In this document: positions 56,124 to 64,000 of the stretch, piece by piece
Numbering within the stretch: the stretch's first letter is position 1
Layout: every line of letters begins with the position of its first letter
Source: an uncultured virus (IMG/VR IMGVR_UViG_3300017719_000005)
Lineage: Duplodnaviria; Heunggongvirae; Uroviricota; Caudoviricetes; Kyanoviridae
Direction: 5' to 3' (one strand)
IMG/VR virus record: IMGVR_UViG_3300017719_000005
Length of the DNA stretch: 64,000 nt
The notes under the pieces: generated by a model
What the model was told of the DNA's origin: nothing
Database searches by the model: none
Seen by the model: only the letters and a program-made list of their open reading frames with translations
Position numbers and translations under genes: made by a program

Positions 56124-56764
56124 TGTATAGAGACGTGTAGTTGTGGCATTTCAAATGGACCTACATTTATGTTTCCACAAGGGAATACATTAAATGAAAT
56201 AGTCCAACGGTCATAGTTATCTAGTTGACGACCTGAGTAGTGTCGTAACCAGGAGGGAAAGAGAATAAGTTTATTCTCCTGTGCATCAACCTTTTCATTG
56301 ATACCCCAATCACGCTCCATCATATCACCTTGGAAGACATCTAGTGTGTCGTATGTCCGAGGTGTAACAGGATCGTCAAAGAAGGTAGGAGCACCTGGAG
56401 TGAGGTAGTAGACAGCACTCAGATAGGACATTGGATGCCTGTGTAAGGGGTGTCCATACCCACTCCCTGCAGGTGCATGGTTAAACCACATAGAAGAGAT
56501 CTCTAAGGCATCACAGTAGAGTTTGTAGGCATACCTATACTCTGCCAGACAGTCCCAGAAGAACTGCCTCAACTCTGTGATAGGACCCTCCTCAAGTTTA
56601 TGGAGATCAGGACGTGAAGTAATGACACCTTCAGGAAAGTTGGACTGCTGAGCAGGATACCCATCCATTGATTCAATCACACGTTGATTGAGAGTCTCGT
56701 CTGGTTGTTGATATGTCCTGCACACGACAGGAAACATATGTACTTCAGTCCCTTGCATAGTCAC
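56120..56764 (-). CDS. 2OG-Fe(II) oxygenase-like (TIGR02466-type)
   Basis: HRHP.SYLSAVYY, LFPSWLRH, R.TISFN. Confidence 0.85.
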   Translation of the reverse strand: MTMQGTEVHMFPVVCRTYQQPDETLNQRVIESMDGYPAQQSNFPEGVITSRPDLHKLEEGPITELRQFFWDCLAEYRYAYKLYCDALEISSMWFNHAPAGSGYGHPLHRHPMSYLSAVYYLTPGAPTFFDDPVTPRTYDTLDVFQGDMMERDWGINEKVDAQENKLILFPSWLRHYSGRQLDNYDRWTISFNVFPCGNINVGPFEMPQLHVSIQ

Positions 56765-57410
56765 TAAGTTTCAATGGTCCAAGATCATCATTCCATGATT
56801 CTACTTTGACTTTACTCATAGGTTTACCCCATCCGCCTTGGTTAATACCCCCATCAGGATAGGTATTGAAGGCAATAGTATACCTATCAACATCATCATG
56901 ATTGGGTAAACTAGCATGGATCATGTAACTAGGAAATACAACCAACCCACCTGGACCACCATGAAATGCCAACTCCTGAGCGATTTTACCATCTAAATGG
57001 AAAGATCCCCACTCTCTCTGGAAGAGGGGGTCAACAAAGATTGTAGGAGCACCTTTAGTGAGGTAGAAGATACCACTCAGATAAGACATAGGATGTCTGT
57101 GAGCATCATGATGATGAGCAGAATTTGCTAGGGATCTATTTGCCCATGCCTTATTGACTGCCAGACGATCACAATCGTAACCAGCATCAAAGTGAATGGT
57201 ATCCACACACTCCTGAAACCAGGACATGAGTGGTTTGAATACTTCCCTACGATGAATGTCATCGCTTGTTTTAACACCAGTAGGTTCGTTGTATGCTTTA
57301 TACTCTACGTCTTGTAAAAGACCTAGAGTAGTGTCAACTAAAAATTGATCACAACGAAACTCATAACACTGGACAGGAAAGAAGTTTAGTGCTTCGTAAT
57401 TTTGCCTCAC
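56745..57410 (-). CDS. 2OG-Fe(II) oxygenase-like (TIGR02466-type), paralogue
   Basis: HRHPMSYLSGIFY, FPSYMIH, R.TIAFN. Confidence 0.85.
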   Translation of the reverse strand: MRQNYEALNFFPVQCYEFRCDQFLVDTTLGLLQDVEYKAYNEPTGVKTSDDIHRREVFKPLMSWFQECVDTIHFDAGYDCDRLAVNKAWANRSLANSAHHHDAHRHPMSYLSGIFYLTKGAPTIFVDPLFQREWGSFHLDGKIAQELAFHGGPGGLVVFPSYMIHASLPNHDDVDRYTIAFNTYPDGGINQGGWGKPMSKVKVESWNDDLGPLKLSDYARD

Positions 57411-57610
57411 ATGTATCCCTCATATGGATTTGGTTTTGCCTCCAACAACACACCGTTAACCTTATTAATTAGATCTTCCATAGAGTAATGCAACTTACGG
57501 TATCCACTACCAACATAGAGTTGACCTAGCAGTACTGAAACAGTAGCAACACCCCAGAAGATGTAATAAAATTTGGACTTAACTTGTGCTCTCCTCTTTT
57601 CAATCATCAC
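57407..57610 (-). CDS. Small membrane protein
   Basis: Single TM helix. Confidence 0.6.
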   Translation of the reverse strand: MMIEKRRAQVKSKFYYIFWGVATVSVLLGQLYVGSGYRKLHYSMEDLINKVNGVLLEAKPNPYEGYM

Positions 57611-57897
57611 ATGATCAGTTTTTTACTAGGGGTCTCAATGATACTAAACATTTGCTCAAACTGTTTGACTACTGCCTCTTGAGTGTCCAGAGGACCGAAG
57701 ACAAGGTAGTCTTTGGGGACAGTCACAGGTGCATCACGTCCATTCAGGAGTGGTGCCCAAGGAGCAAACCCCAGTCTACCTTCTCCACTAGGGATAGCGA
57801 CAATAGGGTTACAGAAGGTGACACTAAGTGCAGTGTCTTCGATCAGGTCTGCAACGACATCTTCGCCAGACCGCATACGGAATAGTTTTACATTCAT
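57607..57897 (-). CDS. Hypothetical protein (Sm-like, SGEDVVA start)
   Basis: Similar N-terminus to 48621..49013. Confidence 0.7.
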   Translation of the reverse strand: MNVKLFRMRSGEDVVADLIEDTALSVTFCNPIVAIPSGEGRLGFAPWAPLLNGRDAPVTVPKDYLVFGPLDTQEAVVKQFEQMFSIIETPSKKLIM

Positions 57898-58841
57898 TTG
57901 AATTCACATCTCATCATTAACTCAGTCAGGAATGCCACCATGTTGATCTCTTGGTCAACAACGAAAGCAGACTTATACTGATACTCAGAGATGACCAGCA
58001 CTGCTTCAGGAATGGACTTTGGTTGGACATGGGTGTAGAGGTTGTCATAGATTTTTCTCATAATAGAAATAGGCTCGTTGTCCATATTCTGAGTCACCCA
58101 CTTCTTCATGTTGGTAAACTCTTTTGTGCGAATATATCCCACGAGGTTGGTAATATTGATGTCATTGGAGACACCAAGGATACCTGTGTCAATCTTTCCC
58201 GAAGAAGAATACCGTTGCAACTCATTGAGTGTGCGACGGAAGTCAGGGAAATGTTTCTGGACCACCTCAGCGACAACCTTTGGCTCATAGTTGACGCCTT
58301 CACTATCTAGGATAGTTTTGACACGGTTGAAGAATGCTCCTGCCAGTGCTCGCTTCTCCTCACCTTTGAGGGAGAATTCAACAACAGAGCATCGTGAGTG
58401 TAGAGGGGAGATGATCTTGTTCTTGTAGTTACAAGTGAAGATAAATCTACAGTTACCTTGAAACTCTTCGATGCAAGCACGAAGAAGCATCTGCACATCA
58501 GGTGTGGTGTTGTCTGCCTCATCAATAATGATGACCTTGTGCTTAGCAGTGGAGGTCAACGATACTGTGGAAGCATATACCTTTGCCTGATTACGGACGG
58601 TATCGAGGAAACGACCTTCGTCAGATCCGTTGATAACCAGACAGTCAGCACCTAACTCTTTACACAGTGCCTTAGCGATAGTAGTTTTACCAACACCAGC
58701 AGACCCTGAGAGTAAGAGATTAGGGATCTCACCCTGATCAAGGAAACCTTGAAAGATTTCCTTAGTGCTTCCTGGTAGAATGCACTCCTCAATAGTCTGA
58801 GGACGATACTTTTCTACCCAAAGAAACAGTTTGTTACTCAT
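57894..58841 (-). CDS. gp44: Clamp loader large subunit gp44
   Basis: LWVEKYRP, GVGKTT, IIDEAD, SRC. Confidence 0.97.
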   Translation of the reverse strand: MSNKLFLWVEKYRPQTIEECILPGSTKEIFQGFLDQGEIPNLLLSGSAGVGKTTIAKALCKELGADCLVINGSDEGRFLDTVRNQAKVYASTVSLTSTAKHKVIIIDEADNTTPDVQMLLRACIEEFQGNCRFIFTCNYKNKIISPLHSRCSVVEFSLKGEEKRALAGAFFNRVKTILDSEGVNYEPKVVAEVVQKHFPDFRRTLNELQRYSSSGKIDTGILGVSNDINITNLVGYIRTKEFTNMKKWVTQNMDNEPISIMRKIYDNLYTHVQPKSIPEAVLVISEYQYKSAFVVDQEINMVAFLTELMMRCEFK

Positions 58842-59560
58842 TTGTTAGGCTCGAGTGCGATGAAATAGTTGAGTGAGGAGTTGGAGAGACTGGAGAAGTT
58901 AGCGATGTTACGTCGTGAGAGACATACATGGTAACTGCCAGGGAGCAGTTTCAGGTTCTCAACCTTGAAACAATAACAGAATGTCATACGCTCAACTGTC
59001 ATGTTACCTGGGTCACTAAAGGTTGGTTTCTTCAGTGGCAGGGAGAAGACATTGGACGTGTCATTCTTCTTGTCTTTCACGCAGATACTATACTCACCTT
59101 CATATCCATAGATGCAGAGATCTTCCACACCATAGACTTTAGATGCCTGCATCAGTTGCTCCAGGTCCTGCTGTGGCAGGTCAAAGAACAATTCAGGATC
59201 AGGGAGGTCAGGATTAAACTCAGGGACTCTGCCGATGATCTCAGGGTCACTGTAGTAGAAGGTGGTCTTACCCTTGGTGTCCTCATCATAGATCACAACC
59301 TTCTTGTTATCAGGGAAGAAGAGAGTGGGAGTCTTGAAAAGTGACAGAGCACCGAGGAAGAGTGGCAGATCATAGATTGCCATCTGCTCAGGGATTCCTT
59401 CACGGATGTCGCTTGCTGCGATGATATTCTTATTGACTGACATCGTTTCTACAAACTTACCAGGATCAATAAGAATAGACTTGTTAATAGCACTGAAGTT
59501 GCGAAGCACCTCAATGGTTTGCTTGCTCAATTTAACAGTTTGTCTTGCTTCGGCTTGCAT
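58838..59560 (-). CDS. gp45: Sliding clamp gp45
   Basis: L.NFS.IN.SI, IYDL..FL, YFIALEP. Confidence 0.93.
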   Translation of the reverse strand: MQAEARQTVKLSKQTIEVLRNFSAINKSILIDPGKFVETMSVNKNIIAASDIREGIPEQMAIYDLPLFLGALSLFKTPTLFFPDNKKVVIYDEDTKGKTTFYYSDPEIIGRVPEFNPDLPDPELFFDLPQQDLEQLMQASKVYGVEDLCIYGYEGEYSICVKDKKNDTSNVFSLPLKKPTFSDPGNMTVERMTFCYCFKVENLKLLPGSYHVCLSRRNIANFSSLSNSSLNYFIALEPNK

Positions 59561-59562
59561 AG

Positions 59563-59853
59563 TTACTGGGGGTAAGTTTCTTTGATTGCTGATTCGTCAC
59601 TGAAATGAATCAGTAACACAGCGTAGTGTAGCACTTTCATAAGGTCACGTCTAGCAGTGCCTTTCTTGTCATAGCGAGAGGCATACTTCAGGATGTTACT
59701 CCTACAGAATGCCTCAGCGTCACCACAAGCATTGATGAGATCAAGGGTCTGGACACCTTCACCATTACCACTGGAATAGTGCTGCTGGTAGGTGGCGCAG
59801 ATGTAGTCTTTCAACTCCTTGATGATCTCTTCTTCGTTATACTTGTTTGCCAT
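59563..59853 (-). CDS. Conserved hypothetical protein (DUF3310-like)
   Basis: TYQQHY, NILKYASRY.KKG. Confidence 0.7.
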   Translation of the reverse strand: MANKYNEEEIIKELKDYICATYQQHYSSGNGEGVQTLDLINACGDAEAFCRSNILKYASRYDKKGTARRDLMKVLHYAVLLIHFSDESAIKETYPQ

Positions 59854-59881
59854 AATATACAGAGATTATCTATAAAGGATA

Positions 59882-60964
59882 TCAGAGATTGAGGGGATTG
59901 TCAACTGACACGTCAACGTCAGCATCGATCTTGTCATACAATTCGATGAATGATTGCTTGGTCTCGTCATCGAAACGATTGAGGCAGACCTTAATTGCCT
60001 TCACACGGTCAGAGAAGATGCTGTAAGCACGAATGATGTGGACAAGACGACGGGTGGAGATCACCTCATCGACACCACCATCCTTGAAAGTCTTACGGAT
60101 GATGTCTGCCCATGCAACAAGGTTCTTGATGAAGTCATCATCGCAGCAATCCAACTCAGAGCAGTAGTTATTGAGCATCTTGATCTCAATAGCAGGAGCA
60201 GGATACTCTTGCTCAAAGGTCACAGGGAAACGCTCAAGGAATGCCTCATTGAGCACGTTGGTGCCGATGAAACGACCGTCATCGCTGCCTTTACCCTTAG
60301 TATTAGCAGTAGCAAAGACGTTGAAACCAGGGGCAGGTGTGACGTGGCGACCAATCTTCTTGAGGAAGACACCCTTACCTTCTAGTATGGACTGCAGGCA
60401 GAGGATTTTGTTGGATGCGAGATCGATCTCGTCAAGAAGGAGCACTGCTCCCCGCTCAAGGGCTTCAATAACTGGTCCATTGTGCCATACAGTATTGCCA
60501 TCGACAAGACGGAAACCGCCAATAAGATCGTCTTCATCAGTTTCAACAGTAATGTTTACGCGGATCAACTCACGTCCGAGTTGAGCACAGGATTGCTCCA
60601 CACCAAGGGTCTTACCGTTACCTGAGAGACCAGTGATGAATGTAGGGTAGAAGATCTTGGACTTGATGATCTTCTTAAGGTCTGTAGCGTTGCCAAAGGG
60701 AACGTAGTTGGCATCCTTAGAAGGAATGAGTGATTCACTGTGCTTCACGACAGTCTCAAGTTGTTGCTTGACTTCTTGCACAGACAGATTCCACTTACCA
60801 ATACCTGCTTTGTATTCAGTGAGACGCTTCTTGACAGTAGCAAAGGAGCAGGAGAAGTGCTCAGCAGCACCAAGCAATTCTGTGGTGCCAACTTGCTCGC
60901 CGTGCTTGCTTTGAAGGTAGTCAACGATTTGATTGGTGGTCACAGGGTGTGGTGCGAATGTCAT
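59882..60964 (-). CDS. cobS: CobS/MoxR-like AAA+ ATPase
   Basis: GLSGNGKT, LLLDEID, TANTKG, NEAFLERF. Confidence 0.92.
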   Translation of the reverse strand: MTFAPHPVTTNQIVDYLQSKHGEQVGTTELLGAAEHFSCSFATVKKRLTEYKAGIGKWNLSVQEVKQQLETVVKHSESLIPSKDANYVPFGNATDLKKIIKSKIFYPTFITGLSGNGKTLGVEQSCAQLGRELIRVNITVETDEDDLIGGFRLVDGNTVWHNGPVIEALERGAVLLLDEIDLASNKILCLQSILEGKGVFLKKIGRHVTPAPGFNVFATANTKGKGSDDGRFIGTNVLNEAFLERFPVTFEQEYPAPAIEIKMLNNYCSELDCCDDDFIKNLVAWADIIRKTFKDGGVDEVISTRRLVHIIRAYSIFSDRVKAIKVCLNRFDDETKQSFIELYDKIDADVDVSVDNPLNL

Positions 60965-60990
60965 GTGTTTCTTTGTTGTGTATACAGTAA

Positions 60991-61527
60991 TTATACACAG
61001 GTTGCGGTGGAGTAGTAGTCCACCCAGGACGGTTTGTGATCTGGCACACGCAGGTAGTTAGTCGCTACCCATGGTTTGCTTGCCACATACCGTTGGTATG
61101 CTTCGATAGTAGAGATACTATCATCAAACTTCCACTCGTCAGGCATAGCGCGAGCGAACGGAGTGTGGTCATCAGGACAACCATGCTGATACGTGACTGC
61201 AGCAACTACGAGTGATGACTGACAGGCATGTCTTTTACCGTATCTATATGTATATTCTTCACATAGAGAAATGCCATGCTGCATCAACCACTGAATGTTA
61301 TCATCAGACTCTGCTACCCACTTGGTGCAAGGGTGATTACGAAATGCACCCTTCTCTGTAGCGTAAGGAGTCCCATCCTTCTTAAGAACAGGACCCTCAT
61401 TGAGATACCACTTGCTGAATACAATGGCGAGCATTTGGCAACACTCTAGTGGCATCTTGACGATGTGCTTGTCTGGCAGACAAGTTGCTGCCAGGACAGG
61501 ATCATCATCTACTGCAAAGATATTCAT
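60991..61527 (-). CDS. Pyrimidine-dimer-glycosylase-like conserved protein
   Basis: MNIF, DKHIVKM..E..QML, NHPCT.W, EY..RYGK.H. Confidence 0.65.
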   Translation of the reverse strand: MNIFAVDDDPVLAATCLPDKHIVKMPLECCQMLAIVFSKWYLNEGPVLKKDGTPYATEKGAFRNHPCTKWVAESDDNIQWLMQHGISLCEEYTYRYGKRHACQSSLVVAAVTYQHGCPDDHTPFARAMPDEWKFDDSISTIEAYQRYVASKPWVATNYLRVPDHKPSWVDYYSTATCV

Positions 61528-63641
61528 GCAATTTGGTTGATAAAGGACGCGAGGATCTTCTTGTTGTTGGACTTTGCCTTGAGAGTTTTCTTGAAGGCAC
61601 GAGTAATCTGTGCTTTGGATGCAGACTCCTCTACATCAAACTCTACCTCCTCATTCAACTTGTTACTTTGGATTAGAAACAATTCTTGATAACCCATGAT
61701 TGGAGCAGAGGTTGACTTGTGCTTCTTGAATACATCAGCAGCGGTCTTCCTCTGTGGTTGAGTGAGAGTATTAAAGTTTTGGATGATGTAATTGATGTCA
61801 CGGGTGCTACCAAGACGGAAACCAGTGAAGTTACACTGTGGGAAACGACCCTTCATGTAACGTAGGAGAGTTTCAGTCATGTAGTTACCCCACCTTGGTG
61901 TGTTGTAGGTGCGACCCGTCTTGCGACAACGAATAGCGGACTGTGCAGGCATTGCAGAGCGATGGATCTTATCGTCATATGTAGACTTGACCCAGCATCC
62001 AGACCAGTTGCTCTCGCCATCAGACAGGATACTAACGTGGCACTTCTCAACACCATGCTTAGCAGTAAATGCAGGAATCAGAGTCTGTAGGCATATAATT
62101 GCCTCATTCAGAGGGGTGCCACCAAGCATAAGGTGAGGAGGGATGCAGTCAGGGACAGGACGATTCGCGAATGGATTGCGGTTACCATAGCGTTGCTCAT
62201 ACATCTGAGTCACACGGTAAATATCCCTAGCATAACGGTCAAAAGTGCTGTTATTAAGGGTGCTGTTGAGCAATTCTACAAGGTGGAAGTGCTTAGCAAC
62301 ATACAGGTCATTCTCATTACCAACAGTCTCTTCATAGTCACGGAACTGAGCGTAGGATGCGTCATTTACGAAGGCATACACACTGAATGGGATGCCAGAC
62401 TTGCGACAGAAGAAACACAATGACAACAGTTGCCTGTATGTGTCATGGATAACCTCTGCCATGGATCCAGACCAGTCAAGAAGGAAGATCAGACCGTGAT
62501 TCTTGCCATCAGGACGGATTGTGACCTTCTTAAAGAGATCTTCGTTGTAAAGATACTGATGAAGTTTAGCAGTGTCAAGTACACCAGTCTTAGAGATAGA
62601 CTCGCGAGCATGTGCTGCTGCAGACTTCTTCATCTCAAACTCTTTCTGAAGATATGACACCTCACGGGTGCAATCTCTCTTGAAAGTCTGGTAGTTTTGA
62701 TCTGAAACACTCCAGTCAAGACTTGTGGATGGAGTGAGTGGGTGTGTCCACTCAGACCAGTATGCCTGTGCCGCGTCATTGACCAGTTTAGGGTCAATAA
62801 TGACGTGATTTAGGTCAACATTAGGGATCTCAAGATACCTAGTCTCACTGTTACTGTTCTCAGTTGCAATGTCCTGCAGTGCTTCTTCAAGAGACTCATC
62901 AGTCATTGCACCTTCACCACCATCACGGTTGAATGAGGGTGTGTCAAGGTCTGCATCTTCCTGACCTTCATTATCACCGTCTTGCTCATCACCATCATCA
63001 CCTCCAGAAGAAGGTCTCTCATCTTGTGCTTCCTGCTGGTCGCTACCACCACCAGAATTGTTGTCTACATCACTAATATCATCAATTTTTTGCTGATCTG
63101 CTTCTGCTTTTTCAAACTCTTTGATAGCGACAGCAGCATCGATAGCGTCTTGGAAAGACTCTGCCTCACCTACTGCATCGCGAAGAGGAATCTCTTCAGC
63201 AGAGAAGGGCATAAAGGCATTTGCACCCAATTTATAGTAAAGATTGATACGGTCAATCAGTTTGAGTGAGTTGGTGTTGATCTCCTTGACGCTGAAGAAA
63301 TCATCCTCATGAAGTTGCTTGTATCCACCGTAGAAATCCTTGGAAATACCTGCAAATTTACGTTTCATCAACTTCTCAATGCGAGCATCCTCGGTCACAT
63401 TGACATAAGACTTGGGGCAAGGAAGTCTCTCTAGAAGGTCACTGTCTGGGGTGAAGAGAGCGTGTCCTACTTCATGCGCTACCAGCAGGTTGAAGACAAT
63501 TTCCTTAGCATTCCAGATAGGGAGGGTCAGGACACGAAGATGCACGTCAAAGGATGCTGTGCTGACTGCCTTGTGCTCTACAACGAGGTTTTCAGCGGCG
63601 AGTAATTTGGCAAGGGTGCCTTTGACTTCTTGTACGGTCAT
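61524..63641 (-). CDS. Metallopeptidase-like/VWA (CobT-like) protein
   Basis: HEVGH, EDARIE, acidic linker, MIDAS DWSGS, GGTPL, LSDGE. Confidence 0.85.
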   Translation of the reverse strand: MTVQEVKGTLAKLLAAENLVVEHKAVSTASFDVHLRVLTLPIWNAKEIVFNLLVAHEVGHALFTPDSDLLERLPCPKSYVNVTEDARIEKLMKRKFAGISKDFYGGYKQLHEDDFFSVKEINTNSLKLIDRINLYYKLGANAFMPFSAEEIPLRDAVGEAESFQDAIDAAVAIKEFEKAEADQQKIDDISDVDNNSGGGSDQQEAQDERPSSGGDDGDEQDGDNEGQEDADLDTPSFNRDGGEGAMTDESLEEALQDIATENSNSETRYLEIPNVDLNHVIIDPKLVNDAAQAYWSEWTHPLTPSTSLDWSVSDQNYQTFKRDCTREVSYLQKEFEMKKSAAAHARESISKTGVLDTAKLHQYLYNEDLFKKVTIRPDGKNHGLIFLLDWSGSMAEVIHDTYRQLLSLCFFCRKSGIPFSVYAFVNDASYAQFRDYEETVGNENDLYVAKHFHLVELLNSTLNNSTFDRYARDIYRVTQMYEQRYGNRNPFANRPVPDCIPPHLMLGGTPLNEAIICLQTLIPAFTAKHGVEKCHVSILSDGESNWSGCWVKSTYDDKIHRSAMPAQSAIRCRKTGRTYNTPRWGNYMTETLLRYMKGRFPQCNFTGFRLGSTRDINYIIQNFNTLTQPQRKTAADVFKKHKSTSAPIMGYQELFLIQSNKLNEEVEFDVEESASKAQITRAFKKTLKAKSNNKKILASFINQIA

Positions 63642-63706
63642 GCTTTCTTTGTGTATGCATCTATTATACACAGCCACACAGTCCCCGAAAGGGGGAAGGT
63701 GCCACT

Positions 63707-64000
63707 TTATAGACTGTCCTGCTTCATGGTCGAGAAATCACCCACCTTGTCAAAGGTGACCACACTATCAAACTTGTCCAAGAGGATGTCACCCTTGTGA
63801 CTGATCACAAATAGGTTGGTCCTGTCGTCCATACCCCTTAGAATCTTCATCAATTCGTCTGTAGCAGCAGTATCAAGAGAAGAATCGAATACCTCGTCAA
63901 GGATGAGGAGATTGGTTGATGCAGAGTTTTTCATCTTGGCAATGTCACGCCAGCAGAACAGCAAAGACAGGTCAATTTTCTGCTTTTCACCCTCTGAAAA
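63707..64000 (-). CDS. gp46: Recombination endonuclease subunit gp46, C-terminal part
   Basis: FSEGEK..IDL, LILDEVFDSSLD, FVISH. Confidence 0.93.
   Translation of the reverse strand, partial: FSEGEKQKIDLSLLFCWRDIAKMKNSASTNLLILDEVFDSSLDTAATDELMKILRGMDDRTNLFVISHKGDILLDKFDSVVTFDKVGDFSTMKQDSL

Noticed and set aside
59882..63641. cobS/cobT as cobalamin biosynthesis genes
   Set aside because: The motifs fit a generic MoxR AAA+/VWA pair common in T4-like phages; no cobN or other cob genes are present.

Overview
A 64-kb internal segment of a T4-like marine cyanomyovirus (Synechococcus/Prochlorococcus phage), mostly encoded on the minus strand. From left to right it holds: a baseplate/tail cluster (partial tape-measure-like gene, gp51, gp26, tube-like protein, gp2, gp4, gp48, gp53); gp32, gp33, exonuclease, phoH, thyX and glutaredoxin; a 1535-aa probable virion protein; a photosynthesis island (psbD, psbA, flavin-dependent halogenase, two hli); several 2OG-Fe(II) oxygenases; tRNA-Arg(UCU); a glutamine-riboswitch-like leader before a DUF4278-type peptide; nrdB, nrdA and primase; a late cluster with a HIGH-motif nucleotidyltransferase and a ligase-like protein; mazG, gp41, uvsX, gp43, petF and hsp20; a block of secreted/membrane proteins; and regA, gp62, dam, gp44, gp45, cobS, a VWA-peptidase and the end of gp46. 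The most interesting signals are not named by the gene list. They are: (1) a tandem glutamine-aptamer-like RNA whose second module encloses a whole 53-codon ORF in its stem-loop; (2) a T_TTT_TTC slippery site that could fuse gp26 to gp51 by -1 frameshifting, in the classic tube/chaperone/tape-measure position; (3) a ROSE-like thermometer before hsp20; (4) a candidate stand-alone small RNA after psbD; (5) a ligase-like/nucleotidyltransferase/nuclease-like cluster. All calls come from reading motifs and recalling families; no searches were run.
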